A DNA stretch of 64,000 bases from Curvularia clavata (GCA_023920165.1 CP089281.1:372001-436000), one strand, 5' to 3'. Counted from the stretch's first letter, positions 11,831 through 25,929 are shown. Made by a program: numbers and translations. Notes: a model not told the origin generated them from the sequence alone.

Positions 11831-13537
11831 TCACTGTGCTGTCTCAGTTTCCAACACTTCAATCGCACCACCGACCAGATGCAAGCTGCCAGTCACCAAC
11901 ACCATGACCTCCACGTCTGTACCTGAGCTAGTTGCATAGTCGCGCGCCACGTTCCTCGCCGTGGCAATCGCCTCCTGGATGGTTCGTACCACATGCACTT
12001 TTGCCGTGTCATCAATTTCCGACCACGTTGCCGCAAGCGCCTTCTGTACTGCAAGTGTGTCAACATCTTGCTGGTTAGTGTTGATGGCGACAAGATCAGG
12101 CTTGTAGCCCTCGCTGAAAGTCTGGTTGGTCGTGAAAATGACATGGCTAAAAGGCGACGTAGAGCCCGCTGTCATGCCACTCTGCAGAGTCGCATACAAG
12201 GCCTTTGCCAAGGCACTTGCATCTCGAGTCTGCTGGTTGAAGATCAGTACGCGCGGAACCTTTGGCTCTGCGGTGGTTGCTGAGGAAGCACATTTCATCT
12301 GCTCCGAAAACCACTGACCAGTCACCTCGATGCTTTCCATGGTATGTCCTCCGTCAATATGCCATGCCACGTTGGGCTCCCGTCGTATCTCACAACGACC
12401 CGCCCAGCGCACTTGCTCTAGACCACGAACAAATTCGGCGGGCAGCTCAATGTGTGGGACAGCCGTCGGGTCTGGTATGGATGAATGGCCCAATGCACGC
12501 AGGTGAGCGGCTGCGGCCGCAATGGCTACCGACGCATTGATCTTTTGGAATGCCGCACCCAGTCCAAGTTTGACCTCATCGTTTGCCAATGCTGGGTGCA
12601 CGTCGACGACATGCAATTTCGCGCCCTTCTCCGCCGCTCGTGCGTGGAGAACCGTCATGGCCTCGTCCTTTTGGCGCGCCGTCATGGCGACGCTGCCGTC
12701 CTTGAAGATGCCAGCTTTATGCCATGCGATTTCGGGCAGTGTGGAGCCAAGCATGGCCGTATGGTCTATGCCCAGGCTTGTGACGGCCGTAACGGTGGGC
12801 CTGGTCAAGATATTGGTGCTATCAAACTCGCCGCCAATTCCACACTCTATAACGGCCGAATCCACGCCTTCCTTCAAGTATGCATGCAGTGCCATGAGTG
12901 TCAGATAGCGAAAGTACACGGGTCTAGTAGGCACGTCGGCTGGCGTCTCCTCGGTCTTCGCGGCGGCCTCGAGCTTGTCCCATATCTCAAAGAAATACTT
13001 GGCAAACTTTTGCTCAGAAATTGGCTCATTATCGATCTGGATGCGTTCGCGAACGAAGCGTAGGTGCGGCGACGTGTAAAGCCCAATCTTCGAGGGCGGC
13101 CGCGTCTGGGATGCGTATTGCGATAGGATGGACGAGATGAAGGCGCTGGTCGAGCCTTTGCCTTTGGTTCCGGCAATGTGTATAGGTCTCAGTCGGTCGA
13201 ATTCAGAGGGCTAGGACTCAAGTCAATCGTGGTCTCTGGTGCGGTTGGTGGGAGCCCGCACACCTCATATCCAGCTTTGCGACACCACTCAATCATTTCG
13301 GGTATCGCCTGCTTGTTCATGCCCCGGCCAGACTTGCGTATTGCATCGACAATGGAGAAGTTGGACTGCAGCGTATTCAACGCCGCGACGGCAGCCTGCG
13401 CCCGTCAGCTCATCGACACACGGCGGGCATGGAGGGCGTACCGCATAGTCGCGCTTCTCCATGGCAGCGATGCTGTGGTAGAGGCGGACGGCAGAAGGAT
13501 GGCGCACGCAACACAGGCGTCTCGGGACCGTCAACAT
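11831..13537 (-). CDS. MET7: Folylpolyglutamate synthase (3 exons; in-frame starts at 13537 and 13462)
   Basis: IHIAGTKGKGST, ECGIGGEFDSTN, LGIDHT, IAWHKAGIFK, VTGSLHLVGG; introns 13441-13396 and 13263-13211. Confidence 0.92.
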
Positions 13538-15390
13538 GGGGGCATCCTGCGACGGTGTTGGCGTGGGGGAAAAGAGACGAGGCGCCGCACTTTTGTTCCT
13601 GGCCAACCCCGCCAATACGTACGTACTTACGTACCGATGTCGCGCCGGACAAGCTATCGGCCACGACCTTTCTCGCATCCCTCTTACAGCCTTCCTGTCC
13701 TCAATGCTCTGCACAATGCGAAAAGTATCCTCGCCCCACGTATCTGCCATCTTATCTTCAGTTACAGCCGGACCACGAAACCTGTCTGATCGCCGGCTTT
13801 GATTCATCTCCACTCATCCTAGCCTGGCCAGGCAAAACGTACTGCGTTTTGGCGCTTCGGAGCACGCAACCCAGCGTGGAGCAACTGTCGCAATGCCTTC
13901 TCCACGCCTTACCTTCCCGCTAACGAAGTCATCTGTTATCGTCTTTCGAGGCCATCTCCGTTGAAATTGGATTGCAAGCTGGAGTCCTAGTACGACTCAT
14001 TGCTATCTTAACACCTCTGACCATGACGTCTGCACATGTCTCACGATACGGCCTTGACCCTGCTTCCCGTCCTCGAGTCCAAATACGGTTGTTTCCGACA
14101 GTTCGTTGGCAGTAACAAGCTTACCAAATTTTACACCATTACGCCTCTGCCACGTATATTGGTACTTGTAGCTTATAAGGAAACGCTAGCTCAAGTCGAA
14201 AAGAAGTCCGAGCAAGGCCTACCTATGGTCGGTAGGTCGCAAGTTTTAAGACTCACTATGGAAGAGATGGGATCGCTTTAGCTACCATCGGGCCGCAGAA
14301 CTAGATGAGCACGACGCTACCTGCTTTTCAATCTGTTAGCAATGCTCGAAGCTCAAAAACGGGCTGGCCTCTGCTATGACTAAAATCGACTTGCTAACAA
14401 TGACAGAATGAATGGGGTTTCGGTTTCGCACTGTGGTTTCCTCGAGTACGCGTACCACTAACCCGCAAAGATCATGACCTAGTGGAAAGCGTGCAATGCC
14501 TGAGCAGTTTATGGAAGAGCTAAATAAAGGATAGAACATTACTCGCACTGGAGGTACCCAGTAGCATCAGTCGCAGTCTGCTGTGAACGTCCGTCAGCCT
14601 TGTTCCTGAAAATCATATCATCGGATCCTTGTCATACCTGTCAGGCCAACTACCAACTCCCATTTGTAGCGACAGCTTGCCAGCAGCACAATGACAGCGC
14701 TAGTCACTTGTCCGTCGCTACGCAACCGAGACAAAGTGAAAGTGCAACATGAATCGGGAAGCAAGCTTGCGAGTACTGCGACCCTTTTGGTCGCATCCAT
14801 CGTTAGCCCCGCCGGATCTACGTTTCAAGCATTCAACCCCGACCCCCAGCCGCCCCCATCACAGCGGAACGCGCCCGGTTCATTAGAGCGCATATTACCC
14901 TCGCCCGTCTCCAACCTCTGACCGTTTGGCCACCCTCTTGTTTTTACTTCCTATGCATTTCCTCGACTTTCGCATGGCTTGTTGAGCCACCGTGGCGGAG
15001 ACTTCGCCATGGAGCTGATCACCGCATCTGTACACGCCATTGCTCATGTCGAATGGTGGCGACAAAAAGACGATATTTGATCATTGTGCTAGATGCACAG
15101 ACCGCGTGTTTACTCAAAGACACATGCACCTATTAGCATCCGAATGCTCTTTGTGTGCGACATTGCACAAAGGCTTCCTTCCCCAAAATTGGCCCACAAA
15201 GAATCACTCGACACACACGTTTAGCGGCCCTGAGGACCCATCATCTGTCATCAGCATATCCAAATCACACGCTCAGTGTCTCAAAAGCAGTGTACTCGCG
15301 TACTCGCCTTTCACGTACCAGCTCGTTCCAAGAAGACATCCTCGAAAGTAATTCCTAATAATCTTTGCCACTGTTCAGCAAGACCCCGAC

Positions 15391-15882
15391 ATGTACACCA
15401 CAGCCATTACGTTAATCGTCCTTTGCTCGGCGATCCATACAATCTCGGCTTTTTCGACATCGCGTCTCACTCGTCGTGGCCTCCCGGGTGCATACTACAC
15501 ATGCACAAATCCCAACTTCTCGGGGCAATGTAGCTGGACACAGCCTAATGGAGACTGTCATATCCAGGGCAGTCCTAATGGCATCACATCGCTTGGACCA
15601 GACGAAGGCACCCTTTGCATGCTGTATTCCCGAGCCGATTGCAAGGGAAGTCCTATCATGTCTATGCGTTTCCCAGGCGTTGCAACGGGTTTACCAAAAT
15701 TTGGAAGTTTCAATTGCACACTCATGACCAACGAGCAAAAGAAGGAGGCGGAGGCTATGACTTCCTTTGCTGGAGGAAAATTGTTGGACGACGGAGAGTT
15801 GCGGGATTTTGGGCTGAAGACTGTGGAGAGCAAGGGCAGGGAACAGGGCTTAATCGGACTGAAAAAGGGTATTTACTACTGA
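15391..15882 (+). CDS. Small secreted cysteine-rich protein (effector candidate)
   Basis: 163 aa; hydrophobic signal peptide, TRR dibasic site, 6 Cys in the mature part. Confidence 0.75.
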   Translation: MYTTAITLIVLCSAIHTISAFSTSRLTRRGLPGAYYTCTNPNFSGQCSWTQPNGDCHIQGSPNGITSLGPDEGTLCMLYSRADCKGSPIMSMRFPGVATGLPKFGSFNCTLMTNEQKKEAEAMTSFAGGKLLDDGELRDFGLKTVESKGREQGLIGLKKGIYY

Positions 15883-16481
15883 CGTGGTAGCGATACTGTT
15901 GCTATCAGTGCTACGCTGGACGAGCTACTTGGACCATCTATGGGCATGCCGCTAGGACTCTTACTTTCTTGTGTTTGTTTTCTTTTCTTTTTCTGCTCAA
16001 TGGGCGTTCAAATCGCTCAGATGCTTCTGGATAGGAGTGTTCTTTTCTGCTATAATGTAGCCACAACACAGTATCCCGCCGAGAAGTTCAATACGTCATT
16101 TGAACCAAAGTAGATGAACGACAGTCATGTCTTGTCAACGTGCCAAGCGTATCCATTGTAAACGTGCTCAACTGCGTGTAAGGTGTTTCAACCAAGACCA
16201 TCAGGTGTTGCGGTTCCTACAGAAGACGTGCATTGCGCAACCAGTTGTTGCAATTAGCCTAGTTATTTGGTGTTAATCAATTAGCGGATGAAGAAAGGGA
16301 GCTAGACATGCGGGGTCCAACAGCATCCCAGCGTCTACAGTAAGGGCCACATAGCTGCTTGGCATGCTTCCCCACATGGGCCACCGCCATCTTATCCCCC
16401 CGGAGCCATTGCAACGTCGCCTTGCTTTATACACTCTTTTCAATTTCAAAAAAGAAATCTACGCGTCTTCAAATCGCCAAT

Positions 16482-17004
16482 ATGAAGGTCACCCTACTCC
16501 TCGCGCTGGCTACCGCCGCTGTCGCTGACATTATCAACAACGAGGCAAGCAATCAACCCCGGTAGAGATACACACAGGTCGCAGACAGCATACTAACAAT
16601 GTCTACAGCACCTCAAGACCGAAGTCCTCACACCCGCAAAGTGCTCTCGCAAGACCCAGGCCGGCGACAAGATCCATGTCCATTACCGCGGTACTCTCAC
16701 AGACGGCACCGAATTCGACGCTTCATATGGACGTGGCTCACCCTTGGCCTTCACCGTCGGCCAGGGTCAAGTCATCAAGGGCTGGGACCAGGGATTGCTT
16801 GACATGTGCCCTGGCGAGAAGAGGAAGCTCACCATCCAGCCCGAATGGGCTTACGGCTCCCGCGGCGCTGGCCCAATTCCCCCTAACAGCGTTCTGAGTA
16901 AGTCTTGCCCAGACAACATATTGCAGATGCTTCTGAGCTAATTGGAGACAGTTTTTGAGTCAGAGCTCGTTTCTATCGATGGTGTTGACAAGGAGGAATT
17001 GTAA
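16482..17004 (+). CDS. FPR2: ER FKBP-type peptidyl-prolyl isomerase (3 exons)
   Basis: Signal [34 protein letters not shown]-terminal KEEL; introns 16545-16608 (GC-AG) and 16898-16951. Confidence 0.92.
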
Positions 17005-17585
17005 ATATGGCAAACAAGCTGATAGCAAATACCTTCACGTCTCCTCCGGTCAAGGATCAGGAGTGAGAAAGCCATGACGAAATATAAGCCTTACGATAAG
17101 TAGTTAGGTCCAATCTTACATGCCAAATTTCACATACCAAAAGCATACAAAAGTGTGTCAATACCAGCGTCTGCTCTGTAGGCGATCAACTTACCAGCTC
17201 TATTGTAAATATGGGGTGGTTATCACACCCAACACGATGCGCTGTTGTCTCTCTTCTTTATTCATTCTTCGTATTGTTTGTGCTAATGTCTCAGTCCTAT
17301 TCATGTGTGGCACACGATGCGAATCTCAACCAAGCAATATGTAAATGTTACCTCGCTTTCATTCCCGCTTTTACACCGACTGGCACAAGCTCATTGTATA
17401 GCCACACAATGTTTCTCACACAAGAGGAATAGTCCTCCACCTTTCTTCTATAAAACACTATTTAGGATCACAAAAGAGATTTAGCAATCAGAATCTAAAA
17501 AGCATACACCCAACAAGTACTACCCGCCAACATTATCAATCTTTTCTCCCTGCGACACCGATTAATTGTCTTCCTTTTGGACACT

Positions 17586-18640
17586 ATGCCCCTTGACCAG
17601 GAATCTAAACCCTCCGTAGCAGGAGCGGAGCCACCAACCAAAAAGGTCAAGGTCACCAACAAAGGATCGGAGATCGAACAGATGAGAGTCATCGCCGAGG
17701 AGGCTAGGAAGCCGGTGATACTGTCCTCACAGCCTCCTCAACCCTCAGCTTCTAGACAGGGGGTATCGGACAAGGCCAGTATACAACGCCATCCTTCAGC
17801 AGGCAAACCTATATTGCCTCGATCTAATATCGAAATTGCAAATGCTGTCACAACCAAACAACCACTTGCAGTAGATTATGTCACTCTTCAGCGCATGAGC
17901 GAGAATGCAATCAAAGCGATTCAAAAGCGTCGCCAAGCACTGGAGCTGGCCATTGACGCAATTTTACCGCTCATGAAGAAGAACCATGCGGTTGAGACCG
18001 CTGTTATTGCGTTACAGCAACAAGTTGAAGATTGTATCTCTGAAACCCGAAAGCTGAAACAGTTTATGCACGCTGCTCACACAGGTGGCGCAAAGAGTAG
18101 AGAATTGAAGGTAAGAATGTGTGCGTTCTTCTATTAGAGAAACTCTGTTAACTTTTACAGACATTTCTCACTTTGGCTTCGCTATGCACGAACCATACAA
18201 AGACGCTGAAAGCGGAAGAACGTGAAGCTCCCAAAGCCAAGACAACCAACAGCGATAAAAAAAGAGGTCGCGATGAAGAAAGTGTCCAGATTGCTCGGGC
18301 GAACAACAAGACTCCTGCTGGCATGTCCAGTCATGATGCGAAAGCAACAATAGATCATCCGCCCACCAAGAAACAAAAGACAAGTTCACCCAAGGAAGAG
18401 TCAAGTTCAGCCACCCCAAGAGAATCCACGCCGAGAACTCACACACTCCTCAACATACCTATTGCTCGCTCGCCACGAGTTGCCAGCACTGTCGAAGTAG
18501 ACAAGAATCTTCGTCAGGTTGCTCCTAAAGTGATAATAAGCACGGCTCAGCCTAGATCTGGCAGACATCCAAGGTCGGGCATGGGTGGCGGTATGAAGAA
18601 CTTCTTGAAGAAATACCGTCTCGGGCCCTACTCAGGCTGA
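17586..18640 (+). CDS. Hypothetical protein with NLS-like motifs and a coiled coil (2 exons)
   Basis: Two ORFs joined in frame by GTAAGA..TACAG intron 18111-18160; PPTKKVKV and PPTKKQK. Confidence 0.7.
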
Positions 18641-20907
18641 ACGCGCAAGCGCGGCGATCGAAGCGATGACATGTTTAGACGTGGGCATGGGCTGCTTTGC
18701 ATGTAGCTAAAATATACTACTAGGGCTGGCATTTGTCGCGATACAGACCTGTCGCATGCTCCAAGTCAGTAATTAGAGAGCTAAAAATGAAACCTTCTTC
18801 ACTAGGGAGTGAGATGAAGGTTTGGAAGTAGATGTGAGAGGCAAGGAGCATTGTATCGGTGTACAAGGTGAGGCTGCCTTCAGTAACAGTCTGGAGGCTA
18901 TGCTGAAAGCCAAATAGTACATCAGCAGACATGAAGTTATTTCTTGAGCGCAGCTTCTTTATTACTGTAATAGTGCCTTGAGGAACCAGCAGTACTTCCA
19001 GTCACGAAAATACAAGAGAAATTTCGCATGAGTTTTGTGTAGTTAAACTAGGTGATTTTATAAACTAAAGCATGGTGCAACGCAGGCTCACATGTTATAG
19101 GGGTAGAGCAGAGGCTTCTGTGCCTTCCGTATTGCGTACTCCCAAGACCGAACACTAGTCGCGTTTCTCGCATTTTGAAGCGTATGGGCTTGCTGCGCCT
19201 CGCACTGATCATTTAGAATACGTAGTCAGGTATGAGATGAGGTGCGATGACCGCTTGTAGCGACTCGGTCCAAGAAAGATTGACTTTGACGATGACGTCA
19301 CCTGGCGAATAGTGCTCTAGAAGCCGGCAGGTTTCAGAACCAATGGGCCAAGGTGATGGTGCAGCTCGTCTATGCATTGTTTAGCACCTACGATCCTGTT
19401 TCCCTATTACGAAGATTTACCGCTAGTGATGGCCTTGGAATGTGCGAAGCGGCAAATTACCAATGTCAGCCCGTATATGACCGAAAGGCTAGACCTCGGC
19501 AGATGTTCCAGCCGCAGGTATACGTGTGTATCCCCATGGCTAGTACTGTATGCTGCGGCGCAGAATGGTACCTCATCGTCATTGCGTGTCCAGGCTGTGA
19601 AGATGACCTTTGCTGCGCAAAACGCATTGTCAGAGTCACTCTTTGTCATGAGCGCGCCTGGCGTATGCACCGGGACCATGGTCAGCACACGGAAGGCTCG
19701 ACTCGACTAGGAGCGGAGCCCGAGACATGGAGTGCAGAGAATAAGGCCGGGCATCTCTGTACGCCAAGGCAAGGCAGACTAACGACAACCTCGAAAACCA
19801 TCCGGATACTCTAGTTTCCATGAGCACGCTGGCAAGCCGTCTTGGTCTCAATCCAGCCTGCAAACAAGACTGTTGCTCGAGCTGTTCCAGATCAAGGGAA
19901 ACGCATGTCAACTGCGGTGCATACAGAATGCAATTACGTCCTGCCTGAATGAAGCGCCTGGAACATGGCGAGGAGATGATGCCACACGCCAAAGTCACAC
20001 TCTGCTGGGCTGGAAGTGGCGATAGGCTCTAGGTAGCAATCTTGCGCCGACAAAAGCAGCTTTGTATGCGTAGACAAAGGGCAGTCTTCAGCTCGCCTGC
20101 CTACGGGGATGTATCTTTCAGCCAATCGCAGACAACTGAAGATGAGGCTAAGCACATGCGCCACGCAGCGCCACGCAGCTAAGCCTCAGCTACTGTCCAA
20201 TCAAAGCGCCTGGTGCCTGAAACTAGACGATCGATCTGCACATCGTCTCCAAGCCTGCTCCTCTATCCTAACTTCACGATTCTGCCCGTTTCGACTATGT
20301 TCAGATGCTGTCCATTGACCTGTTTGATGCCATAGAACCGTGTCGGAGCGGAACCTCGGAGGAGGCCTGTCCGGGCTCAAGAGCGCGGAGACGATTGCAC
20401 TGCCCCCTTCCAAGACCGCCGGACAGCTTGTCTTGTGCTCATCTCGCCTTCAACAGTTCTAGTCGCCAAAGCAACCATTTCTCGTCCCTCTTGGCACTCC
20501 ACGCCCCAGCTCAGTGTCCGGCAAGGCGATAGGACCTGCCCAGTATCTCGCAACGGCTATGACAGCCCTCCATGTCACTGCCCTGCACCCTAGTGATGGC
20601 GAAGAATGACCGACAGCTCACTGAAGCGGTTTACCGCCAAGCGCGAGCCTCTGGCAGAGCTTGTATCATCAGGCAGCTCAATATCGCGCACCAAGCGCCC
20701 AGCAGGCTTGGGTACGGGGCAAACTTATGTACACAGCCCACTTCGTTGTCCGTATATGGCGGCTCCAGATGCGCCCCCCAGGGCCTGTTAGCACCTGTCT
20801 GTCAACTCACCTTTTTATGCACTTGAAACTTTAAACAACTACTCTACCTTACATCTTTTGCATCTGCCTGTTGACAGTGTCTATCCTACTAAGCATCCTT
20901 TTTCATC

Positions 20908-23900
20908 ATGGAGACGGGCAAGCTAGCCCCCCCAACCCTCCAGATCAACACGCGGCAACGCGCGTTAAGTCAAGCCGACACCATCACCTCCCAAACATCA
21001 GATCCATTTCGAACCCCAATATCACCGAGCAATGCATCCACAGTCGTAGCAGAGTATGATGCAGCGGTGCAGCAAGAACTGCGAGCAGAAGCCACCTCTG
21101 ATACAGACAACCCATTTGCGTTCAGACCATCACAGCTCAGCAAACTGCTGAACCCAAAGTCTCTTGCTGTATACCATGCTCTTGGCGGTCTGTACGGAAT
21201 CGCAGCCGGCTTGCAATCAGATATCCATTCCGGACTGAGTGCAGACGAGTGCACAGTACCTCGACACATCTCATTCGACGAAGCAACAAACCTGCAGACA
21301 TCTCCCAAGGAGAAGGCGTCAGAAAGAGCGCCCACTGGCGGACAACCATTTGAAGATCGAATCCGCATCCACGGGCGAAACGCCCTACCACCGAAGAAAG
21401 CTACACCACTATGGAAATTAATATGGAACGCCTACAACGACACAGTTCTCATCGTCCTTACTGTAGCGGCCGCAATCTCACTGTCCCTCGGCCTCTATGA
21501 GACGTTTGGAGTGGATCACCCACCCGGCTCTCCACCACCCGTCGACTGGGTTGAGGGCTGTGCTGTTGTCATTGCCATTGTCATCGTTGTTCTTGTCACA
21601 GCAGTGAATGACTGGCAGAAAGAGCAAGCTTTTGCTAAACTTAATGCCAAGAAAGAACAGCGAGAAGTCAAAGTAACACGATCTGGAAAAACCGTCATGA
21701 TCAGCATCTACGATGTGCTGGCCGGCGACCTCATCCACCTAGAGCCAGGCGACATTGTCCCTGTGGATGGCATCTTTATCGACGGCTCAGATGTAAAGTG
21801 TGACGAATCATCAGCTACTGGAGAGTCGGATGCTATGCGGAAAACGCCTGGTGCCGCCGTCATGAAAGCCATGGAATCCGGCCAGTCGGCCAAGGACCTC
21901 GACCCTTTCATCATCTCGGGTGCAAAGGTCCTCGAGGGCGTGGGTACCTTTATGGCTACCTCTGTCGGAGAACATAGCAGTTTTGGCAGAATCATGATGT
22001 CCGTTCGCGTGGAGATTGAAGCTACACCTCTCCAAGAAAAGTTGGGTGGTCTTGCTATGGCGATAGCGAAACTCGGAACTACTGCCGCTGCCATTCTCTT
22101 CTTCGTTCTGTTATTCCGCTTTGTCGGCGGACTCGACACCGACAACCGTACGCCTAGCCAGAAAGGCTCCGCTTTCATGGACATCCTTATTGTCGCAGTA
22201 ACCATTATCGTCGTGGCCGTTCCAGAGGGACTTCCTTTGGCTGTTACCCTCGCCTTGGCATTTGCTACGACTAAGATGTTGAAGGAGAACAATCTTGTGC
22301 GAGTACTAAGAGCTTGCGAAACTATGGGTAACGCTACTGCTATCTGTTCAGACAAGACCGGAACTTTGGTAAGTATTCCACCTGTGTAAGCAATACAGCC
22401 AACTCTAACATACTATATAGACAACAAATAAGATGACTGTCGTTGCGGGTACATTCGGCAATACCAGATTCGTACATGCAGACCCTGTGTCAGAGAAAGA
22501 CGAGCCAATATCATCATGGGCATCCAAAGTCTCGTCAACTGCAAAGGACCTCCTTGTCCAATCTGTTGCGATCAACTCCACAGCCTTTGAGGGACAAGAG
22601 GAAGGCAAGCCAGTCTTCGTTGGATCCAAAACAGAAACCGCCCTCCTTCAGTTTGCCAAAGATCACCTTGGCCTTGTCTCGTTGTCTGAAACACGCAACA
22701 GCCAGCAAGTAGCGCACATGTTTCCATTCGACTCAGGCAAGAAGTGCATGGGCGCTGTGCTGAAGCTTCAGAATGGCACGTACCGACTTGTTGTCAAGGG
22801 AGCGTCAGAGATCCTGCTCGGGTTTACCTCCACCTCTGCCCATTTTGGCACTTTGGAGATTGAGCCTATGACAGACGGCCTGCGTCAAGGCCTTGTTGAC
22901 ACAATCAACGAGTATGCGAGCCGATCTCTTAGGACCATCGGGCTGGTATACCGTGACTTCGAGCAGTGGCCGCCTGTGTACGCTGAGATGACTGAAGGCG
23001 GCAGCGTTTCCTTCGCCTCCTTGTTACGTGATCTCACGTTCTTCGGTGTCGTCGGCATCCAGGACCCCATTCGCCCTGGTGTTCCTGACGCTGTTCGCAA
23101 AGCGCAAAAGGCAGGAGTCACAGTCCGCATGGTCACCGGCGACAACATGCAGACGGCTCGAGCTATCGCGACCGAATGTCTAATTTACACTGAGGGTGGC
23201 CTAGTCATGGAGGGCCCAGACTTCCGTCGACTGACTGCAGAGCAACTGGATGAAATTTTGCCACGACTCCAAGTTCTGGCTCGCTCCTCACCCGAAGATA
23301 AGCGAATTCTTGTCCAACGTCTCAAGGCACTTGGCGAAATCGTTGCAGTCACTGGTGACGGTACTAACGATGCACCGGCGCTCAAGGCTGCAAACATAGG
23401 ATTTTCAATGGTTTCTGGTACTGAAGTTGCAAAAGAAGCATCTTCCATTATTCTCATGGACGACAATTTCACATCCATCATCACAGCTCTGATGTGGGGC
23501 CGTGCTGTCAATGACGCCGTGCAGAAGTTCCTTCAGGTGAGTCACTCAGTACCCGAAGCTGCCCCCGACCCTCATCCTAACATTAGTAGTTCCAAATCAC
23601 CGTGAACATCACTGCCGTCGTCCTTGCTTTTGTTACAGCAGTGTATGATGACGAGATGAAACCTGCGCTCAAGGCCGTACAACTTCTATGGGTCAATTTG
23701 ATCATGGACACCTTTGCTGCCCTCGCCCTCGCCACCGATCCTCCAACCGAAAAGATTCTCGACCGCCCACCACAAGGCAAAGGCCCTCTCATCACCACCG
23801 TCATGTGGAAGCAAATAATGGGTCAAAACATCTATAAGATCACAGTTATCTTCGTCCTTTACTTTGCCGGAGGCGACATTCTCGGTTACGACCTTTCAGA

Positions 23901-24411
23901 TCCAAACAAACAACTTGAGCTTGATACCATCATCTTTAACAGTTTTGTTTGGATGCAGATCTTCAACATCTTCAACAACAGGCGGCTTGATAACAAGTTA
24001 AATGTGTTGGAAGGTGTTCTTCGGAACTTTTTCTTCATTGGAATTGTTGTCATGATCATTGCGCTTCAGATTCTCATCATCTTCATTGGCGGACGAGCCT
24101 TCCAGATCAAACCTGGAGGTATTGACGGCACTCAGTGGGCTATCAGTATCGTCACTGGCTTCCTCTGTATTCCATGGGCTGTACTCATCAGATTCTTTCC
24201 AGACGAGTGGTTTGCCGCCATTGCTAGGGTTGTTGGTAGACCTGTCGTTGCTGCCTACCGGTTTTGTTGCAAGGTGGCGAGTAAAGCAAAGGCTATGCTC
24301 ACATTCCGTCGCAAGAAGGATACCTCGAAGGAAAGTGCTGCGGAGGAGGCGGCTGCGCCAGCTATTGTCGTCGTGGGTGACGATTCTAGCACAGCGGAGA
24401 GCAGGCGGTAG
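20908..24411 (+). CDS. PMC1: P-type IIB Ca2+-ATPase, PMC1/PMCA type (3 exons)
   Basis: TGES, VPEGLPLAVT, DKTGT, KGASE, TGDN, GDGTNDAPAL, LWVNLIMDT; introns 22369-22420 and 23537-23589. Confidence 0.93.
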
Positions 24412-25283
24412 TTTCTGTAACACTAAACATTCCTATCTTCTCGAATGTAGCGAAATGACTTTATGAAATATTAGCATAATAGATAGTCTTGGTCTCCACT
24501 ATCATCATAGGATAAAAGTTCAATCCATACACTTCTACTGTATTGCTGTTCATATGATGGAGTTTTAGGACATACTTTCAACCTACGTATCTTACTTACT
24601 AAACAGTCCATTTATGTGATTTTGGGTTTTCGAGATTGAGTGGACTGAAAGACAGCCTGCAAGAAGCCGAGTGGCGTTCTAGCACGTGACTCTCAAGCCA
24701 TATGGATGCACGAGTTTTCAGCTGGAGCTCTTGGCCAATACTCTCCCCATAGCTTTATAAAGAAGAGTGTGGCCGCTCCCACCATTTGTACCAAACTTTG
24801 TAATTCTCTTTATATATCAACTTCTGGGCCGATCATCCCCTTGCCACTTCGTGAAGAACGATGCGGCGACGACCATCAAACTACCTCAATGTCTGCTCAT
24901 TCCTTTATGACTTTGCCGCTTTCCAGAAGTTAATATTGAGTGGTAGCTAAATGTGTTTTAACATTCGATGTCGTCGCCGCTAGTAGGGAGAGTGGTCTGT
25001 TATCAACCTTGTGATGTGCACCAAGCTCTACCCCGCATTTGTACCATTTCAGCCGTCCATTGCATCGTCGAATCAATCCCAAAGAACTAGACACACCGCT
25101 GAGTTTCAATATGTAATGTGGCTGCACTTAAGACTCAGCTGAATGGTCTGAGCTGGAGTCGGTCGTGATAATAAGTGAACCATTTGTAAATAAAAGCTGC
25201 CATCTCATCTTCAGGACCATTCAACGCACATCTCTACAGTCTTCATATTTCCCAAGTGAATCAAACCCTTGAAAGAAATCAAG

Positions 25284-25823
25284 ATGCCTTTCACAGGAAG
25301 TTGCTCTTGCGAAAACATCAAATTCACGGTCGACAGTGAGCCCCTCAAAATCGTTAGTCTACTGTTTCGCATAGTTACAAGATTTCATCCTAGCCAATTC
25401 CATCCCATATAATTCCATGCTCCTGAACACGTACCATCCCCCTCCTGCCTAAACTACATCTAACCCGGCCCCAAACAGGCCCTCTGCCACTGCCTCCAAT
25501 GCCGCCGCCTAACCGGCACAGCTTACACAACTAGCATCTTAATTCCGATCTCCACTCTAAACATAACTAGCGGTACGCCCCGGAAAAGAAGTTTTGTGCA
25601 GGAGTCGGGCATAACGTTTAACACGACATTCTGCGGAGACTGCGGCTGTGTCCTCGGCAAGACAAGCGAGGATGAGGCGTTTAAGGGCATGTTTATTCTC
25701 GCAGCGGGGTTGCTGGATGAGGATATCAACAAGTTCAAGCCAGATACAGAACTGTGGGTTAAGTACCGGGCAAGTTGGATTACTCCAATTGAGGGTGCGG
25801 TGCAGGCGCAGACTTTCTCTTAA
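25284..25823 (+). CDS. GFA/CENP-V (Mss4-like) zinc-binding protein (2 exons)
   Basis: GSCSC, ALCHCLQCRR, FCGDCG; intron 25353-25479. Confidence 0.85.
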
Positions 25824-25929
25824 CAATGATGGGGAAGGGATAAATTTGATTTTGATTGAGTTCTTTGTTAAAATAATGACTGCTGGAGAAAATAGTGGAC
25901 CATTTTAGTCAAATTGGAGTTTTGGGAGT

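Noticed and set aside
19353..20000. Overlapping short ORFs upstream of PMC1
   Set aside because: No recognisable domain or consistent splice model.
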